Assembly: GCA_905235385.1 (NCBI GenBank)
Contig: CAJOLB010000004.1
Coordinates: 6,543-58,267 of the forward strand
Source: an uncultured Alphaproteobacteria bacterium
GTDB lineage: Bacteria > Pseudomonadota > Alphaproteobacteria > RF32 > CAG-239
Reading direction: 5' to 3'
DNA: 51,725 nucleotides
The translations under genes were made by a program, and so were the position numbers. The notes beneath the pieces were generated by a model. It did not search any database. It was not told where the DNA came from and worked only from the letters and a program-made list of their open reading frames with translations. Of this stretch, positions 38,618-46,692 are shown in pieces. Numbering within the stretch: the stretch's first letter is position 1; each line of letters opens with the position of its first letter.

Positions 38618-39199
38618 ATGAGACATGGTGACAAACAAAGAAAATTTAATATGCCGAAAAGCCAACGTCGTGCTTTATTCGCAAACTTAACCAATGCTTT
38701 ATTGATGCACGAACAAATCACAACAACCTTGACACGTGCGAAAGAGCTTCGTTCATTTGCCGATGGCATGATTACCTTTGCTAAAAAAGGTGATTTAAAC
38801 AGCCGTAGATTGGCTCTTGCCTTTTTGCGTGATGAAGAAGTTGTTTCTAAACTTTTCTCTACTTTAGGCGCTCGTTATGCCAACAGAAACGGTGGTTACA
38901 CGCGCGTTTTGAAGTCAGGCTTCAGATATGGCGACTGTGCACCGATGGCTATTGTTGAACTCGTTGACAGAGACGTAAACGCAAAAGGTGCTAAAGATTT
39001 AGCTCGCGTTAAACTCGAAAAAGAAGCTCAAGCTGCTGCCGAGGCTGCTGCGAATGCTCCTGTTGAAGAAGCTCCGAAGGCTGAAAAAGCTGAAAAGAAA
39101 GCTCCTGCAAAAGCAAAGAAAGAAGCAGCTCCGAAAGCTGAAAAAACAGAAAAGAAAACTTCTTCAAAGACAACAAAATCTAAAAAAGCTGAAGCTTAA
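38618..39199 (+). CDS. rplQ: 50S ribosomal protein L17 with Ala/Lys/Glu-rich C-terminal extension
   Basis: MRHGDKQRKFNMPKSQRRALFANL and GGYTRVLK are L17 motifs. A low-complexity AKE-rich tail of about 60 aa follows. Confidence 0.92.
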   Translation: MRHGDKQRKFNMPKSQRRALFANLTNALLMHEQITTTLTRAKELRSFADGMITFAKKGDLNSRRLALAFLRDEEVVSKLFSTLGARYANRNGGYTRVLKSGFRYGDCAPMAIVELVDRDVNAKGAKDLARVKLEKEAQAAAEAAANAPVEEAPKAEKAEKKAPAKAKKEAAPKAEKTEKKTSSKTTKSKKAEA

Positions 39200-39236
39200 T
39201 CCATCAGTTTTGTTTGATTTCATAGTCAACTTCTTT

Positions 39237-39271
39237 AAAAAAACGAATCGGAATTCCGATTCGTTTTTTTT
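39237..39271. terminator. Bidirectional terminator between rplQ and pilin-like gene D
   Basis: A-run, stem aacgaatcgg / ccgattcgtt, then T8. Confidence 0.8.
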
Positions 39272-39932
39272 AATCTTTAACCCAATCACCAGTTTGATGC
39301 ATCGCTACTCCACACACTTGGTCTCTACAGGTCCTTTCGCAAATATCCAATTTCTCATCCATTGTCAAACTTTCTGCTTTCGGATCTCTTTTGGAACAAT
39401 AGTCTCCACATACAGTTTTCCATGCAAAAGTTTGTGTTGAATTATGAAAATACATGTAATCTGTATTCGCAGCATCAATAAAAAAGTTGATGTATTCAAC
39501 GCAAAGTTCAACGCGGTTTTCTCCTTTTAACGAAACAACTATTCCGATAATTTTTTGAACTGTTGGTGAATTATATCTTACTTCTATTTCGTTTTTCCAA
39601 GCATCTAATACCTTATTTTTTTGTATCATATTTTTTGGGAAAATTCCCATTTTGATTGCCATACTTGTTGTGAAGGTATCAACATCTGTCTTCCCATATA
39701 AAGCTGATGACAAATTCATCCATGCTTGGCTGAAGTTATTGAAAAATTGGTTTCTTTTGTGCTTTTCCATAGCCTTGTTAAAACCTGCTAATGCCCCAAC
39801 ACTTAAAATGCCGATAATCGCCAAAACCCCGAGCATCTCAACCATACTTCTTCCTAAAGATGTCATCCCTCGTTTTTGCATTGCAAAAACGTCAAGGGAT
39901 CTTCTGTTTTTTTTATCTATTCTTCTTTTCAT
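39270..39932 (-). CDS. Prepilin-type N-terminal domain protein (pilin-like), paralog D, with an extended leader
   Basis: The GRSMVEMLGVLAIIGILSVGALAGF core is preceded by a 33-aa basic leader if ATG 39930-39932 (RBS aaggag) is the start. An alternative start is MQKRG at 39879-39881. Confidence 0.65.
   Translation of the reverse strand: MKRRIDKKNRRSLDVFAMQKRGMTSLGRSMVEMLGVLAIIGILSVGALAGFNKAMEKHKRNQFFNNFSQAWMNLSSALYGKTDVDTFTTSMAIKMGIFPKNMIQKNKVLDAWKNEIEVRYNSPTVQKIIGIVVSLKGENRVELCVEYINFFIDAANTDYMYFHNSTQTFAWKTVCGDYCSKRDPKAESLTMDEKLDICERTCRDQVCGVAMHQTGDWVKD
39862..39901 (-). promoter_or_regulatory. Second copy of the bulged leader hairpin, inside the 5' coding leader of paralog D
   Basis: GAUCCCU-UGA-CGUUUUUGC-AAU-GCAAAAACG-AGGGAU. 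The outer stem and bulge match the other copies. The inner stem has a different sequence but still pairs. Confidence 0.5.
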
Positions 39933-39950
39933 TTCTATTCTCCTTATAGC

Positions 39951-39987
39951 GTCATCCCTCGATTGCGTCAGCAATCGTCAAAGGATC
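39951..39987 (-). promoter_or_regulatory. Conserved bulged leader hairpin (copy D1)
   Basis: Nearly identical to 26970-27006 and in the same position relative to the RBS. Confidence 0.55.
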
Positions 39988-40003
39988 TTCAAATTTTTAA
40001 ACC

Positions 40004-40135
40004 GTAAAGAAAAAACGAACCTTAAATTTTTACGATTCCTTTTGTATCAGCATATCAAAATTTTCCTTAAGAATCAATTAAAATGAAATTTCAAAAAGTG
40101 TAAAAAAAATAGGTTCCTTTTTTCTTTACACTTTT
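40004..40135. promoter_or_regulatory. Invertible-promoter-like cassette, copy D (interior flipped relative to copy C)
   Basis: Inverted repeats gtaaagaaaaaacgaacc (40004-40021) and ggttccttttttctttac (40112-40129). The promoter is on the minus strand: TTGATT at 40072-40077 rc, 17-nt spacer, TGaTATGCT (-10 at 40049-40054 rc). It points toward pilin-like gene D. Confidence 0.75.
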
Positions 40136-40337
40136 AAGATTCAAAACACCAAAAAAAACGCCGAGAATGAGGCAAATAAAACACTAACAATGCTTAGGAT
40201 AAGTTAAAGTCATAAAAGTTCGGAGAATAGGTCAAATAGAGTTATTTTCAAGGCGAGCAAAATTTTAGCGTAAATAAGCCTACGTGAATTTTGCGAGACC
40301 GCAGAAAATAGCTCTAGATAACCTGTTATACGAGCTT

Positions 40338-41633
40338 TTAAAAGTCGTCTTCTTTGATACGCTCTATATCCGCACCAACTCCCCTTAACTTCTCTTCCAG
40401 CCTTTCATAGCCGCGGTCAAGGTGATAAACACGGTTTACAATCGTTTCACCATCTGCGACAAGACCGGCTAAAACAAGTGCGAAAGAAGCGCGTAAATCC
40501 GTTGCCATCACAGGGGCACCCGAAAGTTTTTTCACACCGCGCACAATTGCTGAGGCATGGCCATGAACGTTGATATTTGCACCCATACGCATCAGTTCCG
40601 GCACATGCATAAAGCGGTTTTCCCAAATATTCTCGGTTACCATCGAAGCCCCCGGCACAACTGTCATTAGAGCCATGAACTGTGCCTGCAAGTCAGTCGG
40701 AAAACCGGGATAATAATCTGTCATAATATCTTGTCCGCTCATATCAGCATTTCTGGCATCAACAACAATGCTGTTTGCTTTTTCGGTGATTTTAATATCC
40801 ATATTGCGCAAAATATTAAGCGGTGTTTTCAAATGTTCCGCAACGGCATTGATGAGCTCTATTCTGCCTTTTGTGATGGCTGCGGCAATTGCATATGAAC
40901 CTGCCTCAATTCGGTCGGGCAAAACGCTGTGTTCCGCACCATGAAGTTCTTTAACACCCTCGATTTTAAGCTGAGATGTGTTTTTGCCCTCAATTTTTGC
41001 GCCCATTTTCACAAGCAAATCAATTAAATCCGCAATTTCAGGCTCTTGCGCCGCATTTTCAATCAGGGTTTCACCTTTTGCAAGCGTTGCCGCCATCAAG
41101 ATGTTGCATGTTGCACCCACCGATGCTTTCGGAAAAATAATATGTGCGCCTTTCAAACCTTTTTTGGCATCAGCAATCACATAACCGTTTTTAATTTCAA
41201 TGGTCGCCCCCATCGCTTCTAATGAATTTAGGTGAATATCCATCGGTCTTGCACCGATTGCACACCCGCCCGGAAGCGAGAGTTCCACGTGCCCGACGCG
41301 CGCTAAAATCGGACCTAAAACATAATATGAGGCGCGCATTTTTCGAACATAATCATAAGGTGCAATCAGGCTCTTAAATTCTTTTGTTTGGTAGGTATAT
41401 GTTTTTGAGGTGTATCCCCCTTTTGTTTCCTCTGTTTCTTCAATTTCCGTGCCGAGTTCTATTAAAAGTTTGTTCAAAGATCTGATATCAGAAAGAATCG
41501 GCATATTTGAAAGCCTGACTTTTTCACCTGTGAGCAAACTTGCCGTAATTAAAGGAAGCGCCGCATTTTTTGCGCCGCTGATATAAATTTTTCCGTTTAA
41601 TTGGTTTCCGCCTCTGATTTTAATCTTGTCCAT
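40338..41633 (-). CDS. murA: UDP-N-acetylglucosamine 1-carboxyvinyltransferase MurA
   Basis: Full-length MurA similarity (ISGAKNAALP; active-site loop LPGGCAIGARPMD). Confidence 0.96.
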   Translation of the reverse strand: MDKIKIRGGNQLNGKIYISGAKNAALPLITASLLTGEKVRLSNMPILSDIRSLNKLLIELGTEIEETEETKGGYTSKTYTYQTKEFKSLIAPYDYVRKMRASYYVLGPILARVGHVELSLPGGCAIGARPMDIHLNSLEAMGATIEIKNGYVIADAKKGLKGAHIIFPKASVGATCNILMAATLAKGETLIENAAQEPEIADLIDLLVKMGAKIEGKNTSQLKIEGVKELHGAEHSVLPDRIEAGSYAIAAAITKGRIELINAVAEHLKTPLNILRNMDIKITEKANSIVVDARNADMSGQDIMTDYYPGFPTDLQAQFMALMTVVPGASMVTENIWENRFMHVPELMRMGANINVHGHASAIVRGVKKLSGAPVMATDLRASFALVLAGLVADGETIVNRVYHLDRGYERLEEKLRGVGADIERIKEDDF

Positions 41634-41766
41634 TTTCTTTTTCCTTTTTTAGTTTTTCACGCGCGATTTCTTGCGCTTTGCGTTTTTCTAAATTCTTCTT
41701 GAGGGCTTTTGCCTCACGCTCAAAACGAAAATCTTTCCGCTGTTTTTTCTGAACTTCTTTTGCCAT
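41620..41766 (-). CDS. Small lysine-rich basic protein (hypothetical, 48 aa)
   Basis: My own translation: MAKEVQKKQRKDFRFEREAKALKKNLEKRKAQEIAREKLKKEKENGQD. RBS agagg is 6-7 nt upstream. The ORF overlaps the murA start by 14 nt and is too short for the ORF track. Confidence 0.35.
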   Translation of the reverse strand: MAKEVQKKQRKDFRFEREAKALKKNLEKRKAQEIAREKLKKEKENGQD

Positions 41767-41905
41767 GTCGCACCTCTTTGTTCGCAATATAGATATTTCT
41801 TACTATAAATCGGTTTATTTTCAAGTCTTTTGCTTTATCTATACACGCAGATATTTATTTGTGCCGAAAGCACAAACCTTGCCAAGGTTGATCTCGAGCC
41901 TGTTT

Positions 41906-41994
41906 CAATAACAAAAAACCACCTGAAAAGGCAATGGGATGGAGCGCGACATTGCCTTCGGCAACGCTTGCTCATCTCGCTTCGCTCAATTCCG
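41906..41994. repeat. 89-bp repeat unit 1 next to tRNA-Gly
   Basis: Identical by eye to 42030-42118. It starts with caataacaaaaaaccacctgaaaagg and contains the hairpin ggcaatg...cattgcc. Confidence 0.8.
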
Positions 41995-42029
41995 GACCCT
42001 TCGCGGCTTCTCTTACCCATTGTCTGTTC

Positions 42030-42118
42030 CAATAACAAAAAACCACCTGAAAAGGCAATGGGATGGAGCGCGACATTGCCTTCGGCAACGCTTGCTCATC
42101 TCGCTTCGCTCAATTCCG
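42030..42118. repeat. 89-bp repeat unit 2, bracketed by an 18-bp perfect inverted repeat
   Basis: caataacaaaaaaccacc (42030-42047) is the reverse complement of ggtggttttttgttattg (42129-42146). The latter overlaps the 3' end of tRNA-Gly by 2 nt. Confidence 0.8.
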
Positions 42119-42144
42119 CACCTGAAAAGGTGGTTTTTTGTTAT

Positions 42145-42219
42145 TGGAGCGGGCAATGGGATTCGGACCCACGACATCAACCTTGGCAAGGTTGCGCTCT
42201 ACCCCTGAGCTATACCCGC
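42145..42219 (-). tRNA. tRNA-Gly (anticodon GCC), CCA encoded
   Basis: Hand-folded cloverleaf: GCGGGTA TA GCTC AGGGGTA GAGC G CAACC TTGCCAA GGTTG ATGTC GTGGG TCCGAAT CCCAT TGCCCGC T CCA. The T-loop reads TCCGAAT rather than the usual TTCGAAT. Confidence 0.85.
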
Positions 42220-42347
42220 ATCGCTTTGATGAAAACTTTAATATCACATCAAAAATAAAATGCAAGAACTTTTTTTCATTTTTTTCACTTTTTTCATAAA
42301 AATTCTTTTTATTAATAGCCCCGCAGTTTTTGCGGGGCTATCTTTTT

Positions 42348-44279
42348 TTACTCACCTAAATGCGGCATTGTGGCTTCGGCTTTAAGGGCTTCCACAAAAT
42401 CATTTAAGCTCATCACCTCTTGCTTTTCAGAACCAAGGCGGCGAACCGTCACGCTCTTATTGTCGCGCTCTTTTGCGCCGACAACGGCAATGACCGGAAT
42501 TTTAGCAAGTGAGTGCTCACGCACTTTATAGTTGATTTTTTCATTTCTCAAATCAGCTTCGGCCGAAAGTCCTGCTTTTTTCAACGTTTTCACAACTTCA
42601 TTTGCATAGCCGTCAAATTCGCTGACAATCGGTGCAACCATCACCTGAAGCGGCGAAAGCCAAAGCGGCAAATGTCCGGCATGGTTTTCGATCAAAATAC
42701 CTAAAAAGCGTTCAATTGAACCGAACAACGCACGGTGCAACATCACAGGCCTGTGTTTTTCGCCGTCTTCCCCGATATATGAAATATCAAAACGTTCCGG
42801 CAAATTCATATCAACCTGAATGGTGCCGCATTGCCACTCGCGCCCGATGGCATCTTTTAAGATAAACTCCAATTTCGGACCGTAAAAAGCACCCTCACCC
42901 GGATTGATTTCATATTTATATCCGTGTGAAGTCAACGCATTGGCAAGCGCATTTTCGCACAAATCCCAAATTTCATCGGAACCGATACGATAAATGCTGT
43001 CGGGACGCGTCGAAAGATAAATTTTCACATCTTCAAACCCGAAGTCTTTATAAATATCCAAAATCAGTTTCAAGGTTGTGATGCATTCTTCTTCCATTTG
43101 CTCCGGCGTGCAGAAAATATGCGCATCATCTTGCGTAAACTCGCGCACTCTCATCAGCCCCATCAAAGCACCCGACGCTTCATAACGGTTGACTTTACCA
43201 AACTCTGCCACCCTTAAAGGCAAATCACGATACGACTTAATGCCTTGCTTATAAACGAGCAATCCCCCCGGACAGTTCATCGGCTTAATGCAGAACCATT
43301 TTTTATCTTCCGTTTGACCGGAATAGTTATGCGCGCCGTATTTATCCCAGTGTCCGGAAGTTTCCCACAAAACGCGGTCCATCACACGCGGCGTTGAAAT
43401 TTCAATATAGCCGTTGTTTTGTTGACGATTTCTCATATATTCAATTAACTTGCGATAAATTTTATAGCCCTTGTCATGCCAAAAAACAGCACCCGGCGCA
43501 TATTCCGGTTCAAAATGGAACAAATCCATCTCTTTTCCAAGCTTTCTGTGGTCGCGCTTGGCCGCTTCTTCTAACATATCGAGATAAGCTTTCAAATCTT
43601 TCTTATCAGCCCAAGCCGTGGCATAAATACGCTGCAACATTTCATTGTTTGAATCACCGCGCCAGTAAGCACCGGCAACTTTCATCAATTTGAATGCATC
43701 GCCCACTTTTCCTGTTGACGGAACGTGAGGACCGCGGCAAAGATCCGTGAAATCACCTTGTCTGTAAAGCGAAATTGTTTCATCTTCCGGCAAATCGCGG
43801 ATAATTTCAGCTTTATATTTTTCGCCCTTATCTTCAAAAAACTTAATTGCTTCAGCTCGCGGCAAAACAAAACGTTCGATTTTTTCATCGCGTTTAACGA
43901 TTTCATGCATTTTTGCTTCGATTTTTTCGAAATCTTCAACCGTAAACGGCGTTTTGCGCGCAAAGTCATAATAAAAACCGTTGTCGATGGCAGGGCCGAT
44001 TGTAACCTGAACATCCGGCCACAGTTCTTTAACAGCTTCTGCCATAATATGAGACGTACTGTGGCGCAAAATGTGCAAACCGTCTTTGTCTTTTGATGTT
44101 ATAATAGTGACTGTCGCATCGGTTGTGATCGGAGTTGATAAATCCTGCAATTTATCGTTGACCTTAACCGCCAAAGCCGCTTTTGCAAGGCCGGCGCTAA
44201 TAGCTAAAGCAACGTCAATTCCTTTGACGCCTTCTGCCATTTCCATTTTGCTGCCGTCAGGCAATGAAATTTTAATCAT
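42348..44279 (-). CDS. thrS: Threonine--tRNA ligase
   Basis: TGS domain, editing-domain motif HSTSH, class II core and anticodon-binding domain. 643 aa. Confidence 0.97.
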   Translation of the reverse strand: MIKISLPDGSKMEMAEGVKGIDVALAISAGLAKAALAVKVNDKLQDLSTPITTDATVTIITSKDKDGLHILRHSTSHIMAEAVKELWPDVQVTIGPAIDNGFYYDFARKTPFTVEDFEKIEAKMHEIVKRDEKIERFVLPRAEAIKFFEDKGEKYKAEIIRDLPEDETISLYRQGDFTDLCRGPHVPSTGKVGDAFKLMKVAGAYWRGDSNNEMLQRIYATAWADKKDLKAYLDMLEEAAKRDHRKLGKEMDLFHFEPEYAPGAVFWHDKGYKIYRKLIEYMRNRQQNNGYIEISTPRVMDRVLWETSGHWDKYGAHNYSGQTEDKKWFCIKPMNCPGGLLVYKQGIKSYRDLPLRVAEFGKVNRYEASGALMGLMRVREFTQDDAHIFCTPEQMEEECITTLKLILDIYKDFGFEDVKIYLSTRPDSIYRIGSDEIWDLCENALANALTSHGYKYEINPGEGAFYGPKLEFILKDAIGREWQCGTIQVDMNLPERFDISYIGEDGEKHRPVMLHRALFGSIERFLGILIENHAGHLPLWLSPLQVMVAPIVSEFDGYANEVVKTLKKAGLSAEADLRNEKINYKVREHSLAKIPVIAVVGAKERDNKSVTVRRLGSEKQEVMSLNDFVEALKAEATMPHLGE

Positions 44280-44307
44280 TATTATAACCTCTTAAATTTT
44301 TTTATTG

Positions 44308-45462
44308 TTAATTCATGTTTACCAGCTCGCGATAAACGGCCAGTGTTTTATCACACATAATTTGTTTTGTAAAGTTTTCTTTTACATATTTAATCGCTGC
44401 ATCGCCTATTTTCTGACGTTCATCGTCTGTCAGAGTCAATGCCCATTTTAACGTTTCTGCCAAACTTTCCGCATCACCGCTTTTGAAATGTTTTCCGGTT
44501 ATGCCGTCTTTGATATTTTCAAGAGAACCGCCGATATTTGATGCAACAACAATTCTTCCCATCGCTTCGCCTTCGGCTGCAATGCGCCCGAATGCCTCAG
44601 GATCTGTTGAGGCAGAAACAACAACATCTGAAATCATCATCATCGCCGGCACATCTGCCACATGCTTAATAAAAGCAAACTTTCCTTCCATACCTTTTTC
44701 GATGATTGCTTCTTTTAATTCTTCCGTATAATAAGTACGCCCCTGATCGTCGCCGACGAAAACACAGAAAAAGTCCATATCTTTAATTTTTTCTAAAGCA
44801 TCAATCATCAGACGTTGACCTTTCCAACGCGTTAGACGTCCGATAAGCAATATAATTTTTTTATCTTCAGGCAAATGATATTCTTCCATTAATTTAATCA
44901 TGCGCTCTGCCGTCATTTTGGAAACATCGAAATTTTCCATATTCACACATCGGTATATCAATCTGATTTTGCTTTCATCACATTTATAATTTTTGATGAT
45001 GTGCTCCTTAATATGCTGTGATATGGCAATCACCAAATCACCACAGGTCATAATTCTGTTGTAGCGCCATTTAATAAAATGCGGCTTTAATCCGTATGTG
45101 CCGTGAAAAGTTGTTAAAAACTTCGCTCCCGTTTTTTTAGCCGCCCAATAAGCGCTCCAAGCCGGCGCACGTGAACGCGCATGAACAATATTAATCCCGT
45201 TTTCCTTGATGATTTTAACAAGCCTTCTATAATTTATCCACCATCTGATCGGGTTTTTTGTTTTTAAGGGCAATGTAAAATGTTTCACTTTCATTCGGTC
45301 CAGTTGATAGGCCATACGCCCGCCTTGTGAAGCCACAAAATTTTTTATACCACATTTTTGCAACTCCGAAGCAATTTCAATCGTTCCGAGTTCAACACCG
45401 CCCTGATTAAGTTCGGGCAATACCTGCAGCACGACGGGATTTTTTTCTTTATCTTTTGACAT
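44308..45462 (-). CDS. GT4-family glycosyltransferase
   Basis: GT-B fold with the segment EAFGRIAAEGEAMGRIVVASNIGG (E-x7-E region). Confidence 0.8.
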   Translation of the reverse strand: MSKDKEKNPVVLQVLPELNQGGVELGTIEIASELQKCGIKNFVASQGGRMAYQLDRMKVKHFTLPLKTKNPIRWWINYRRLVKIIKENGINIVHARSRAPAWSAYWAAKKTGAKFLTTFHGTYGLKPHFIKWRYNRIMTCGDLVIAISQHIKEHIIKNYKCDESKIRLIYRCVNMENFDVSKMTAERMIKLMEEYHLPEDKKIILLIGRLTRWKGQRLMIDALEKIKDMDFFCVFVGDDQGRTYYTEELKEAIIEKGMEGKFAFIKHVADVPAMMMISDVVVSASTDPEAFGRIAAEGEAMGRIVVASNIGGSLENIKDGITGKHFKSGDAESLAETLKWALTLTDDERQKIGDAAIKYVKENFTKQIMCDKTLAVYRELVNMN

Positions 45463-45513
45463 TTTCGAATTATATTCCTTTTAGTTTTATTTTTTATTTA
45501 CAAGGATATCTCT

Positions 45514-46263
45514 ATGCAATCTCGTACTTATGACACCCTTTTTACAACAAACTTTGAGCATGTTACCCCCATTTCAAACAATACGCAAAAATTTACGATA
45601 CTTTATACACACGGTTTTTGTTCCGATCCTTGGGGCAGAAAACCGGAAGAGGTGAAAAAATGGTGTTTAAAAAACGATATTCCTTTTTATCGTTATGAAC
45701 TTGCCGGACACGGTTCGGATTGCTCTCGTTTCGAAGAGACGGATATCAATATCTATAAAGCTCAAATATTGGAAATTATCGATAAATATATTAAAGGTGA
45801 TATCGTTGTTGTCGGCTCATCGCTCGGCGGATGGCTCTCTTTGCTTGCCGCAATCTATCGCAAAGATCGCATTAAAGGTGTTGTCGGATTAGCCGCTGCG
45901 CCTGACTTTACTGTTGAGCATATGAAATCTGCCACCCCCGAACAGGTTGCCGAGATGGAAAAATTCGGCAAAATAACATATCCCAGTCAAAACATCACCT
46001 TTACGGTTACCAAACGTCTGATTGAAAGCGGTAATGAAAATCTTATCTTAACTCAAGATAAAATTGACATATTATGCCCAATCGTTTTAATTCAAGGTAT
46101 GAAAGACACCTCCGTTGATTGGCACACCGCCTTAAAAATTGCCGAACACTCAAAAACCCAAAACGTTATTATCAAACTCTTAAAAAATGCCAATCATCGC
46201 TTAAATGAAGATTCTGATATTCAGGAAATTCTTTCAGCGCTCGATTTCTTTCTGAATATTTAA
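45514..46263 (+). CDS. Alpha/beta-fold hydrolase
   Basis: Nucleophile elbow GSSLGG, HG oxyanion motif (YTHGFCS) and a C-terminal His (NANHRL). Confidence 0.75.
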   Translation: MQSRTYDTLFTTNFEHVTPISNNTQKFTILYTHGFCSDPWGRKPEEVKKWCLKNDIPFYRYELAGHGSDCSRFEETDINIYKAQILEIIDKYIKGDIVVVGSSLGGWLSLLAAIYRKDRIKGVVGLAAAPDFTVEHMKSATPEQVAEMEKFGKITYPSQNITFTVTKRLIESGNENLILTQDKIDILCPIVLIQGMKDTSVDWHTALKIAEHSKTQNVIIKLLKNANHRLNEDSDIQEILSALDFFLNI

Positions 46264-46270
46264 AAAACGA

Positions 46271-46305
46271 ATACCGGCTTGTTTTTTTTCAGCCGGTATC
46301 TTTTT
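46271..46305 (+). terminator. Rho-independent terminator
   Basis: Stem ataccggct / agccggtat followed by a T-run. Confidence 0.65.
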
Positions 46306-46306
46306 G

Positions 46307-46576
46307 TTATCTGTCAAACAACCATCTTCCGATTTGACCGATGATGTAGAAGAGATAGCCCCAGATAAGAAACAGCGTTATCCAGTCTGCAATCTGTTCC
46401 TTTTGAGGTTGTCGTTTGAACCATTTGTAGAACTTGTGGTAGCCGAAGTTTGCCTTTTGATAGCTCAGCATCTTGGGATCCGTAATCATCCAAAGCGCAT
46501 GTTTGAGCGGAACCGATACGATTTGAGCCAACACGGCTGCCAAGGCTAAAAGAACAATAATTTTTAATAAGCTCAT
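46307..46576 (-). CDS. Small membrane protein (hypothetical)
   Basis: 89 aa with two predicted TM helices. No family recognised. Confidence 0.45.
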   Translation of the reverse strand: MSLLKIIVLLALAAVLAQIVSVPLKHALWMITDPKMLSYQKANFGYHKFYKWFKRQPQKEQIADWITLFLIWGYLFYIIGQIGRWLFDR

Positions 46577-46692
46577 AAGCTGTATGTTTTATATTTTACA
46601 ATAAGTCTTAATAGATAAACAGATTTAGGCGAAGTATAATCGATTGAAGTTGTTTGTCAATATTGAATTTCATCATTTATCGGGTTGTGGCG

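Noticed and set aside
39054-39440. 128-aa ORF in an alternate frame of the L17 tail, extending into the pilin-D 3' end.
   Set aside because: It is an alternate-frame reading of the low-complexity AKE-coding repeat, it crosses a strong bidirectional terminator, and it has no RBS.
1720-40135. Alternative explanation for the four cassettes: a MITE-like element with terminal inverted repeats inserted in either orientation.
   Set aside because: At loci C and D the outer repeat halves and both flanks keep the same polarity: aaaccgtaaagaaa on the gene side and ctttacactttt on the far side. Only the interior is reversed. Insertion of a whole element in opposite orientations would also swap the repeat ends. 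This argument rests on sequence logic only and read-level data are still needed.
40141-40337. Roughly 200-nt gap downstream of murA with loosely repeated motifs (cgagaatgaggcaaata / cggagaataggtcaaata) and an 8-bp inverted repeat gcaaaatt...aattttgc.
   Set aside because: The repeats are short and imperfect, no convincing stem-terminator structure or ORF is present, and the evidence is too weak to call an sRNA or regulatory element.
41906-42118. Hammerhead-ribozyme-like string on the minus strand of the 89-bp repeat (GAGAUGA-GCAA-GCG-UUGC-CGAAGG).
   Set aside because: The critical C3 and U4 positions of the CUGANGA core are mismatched, and an extra C precedes the GAA. This is most likely chance resemblance.
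41906-42118. The tandem repeats as a CRISPR array.
   Set aside because: There are only two units of 89 bp separated by 35 bp, no spacer-repeat periodicity typical of CRISPR, and no cas genes.
41830-42258. Track ORFs 41830-42258 (+), 41939-42208 (+) and 41835-42038 (-).
   Set aside because: They run through the tRNA-Gly gene and the repeat units, have no RBS, and their internal amino-acid repeats simply mirror the DNA repeat.
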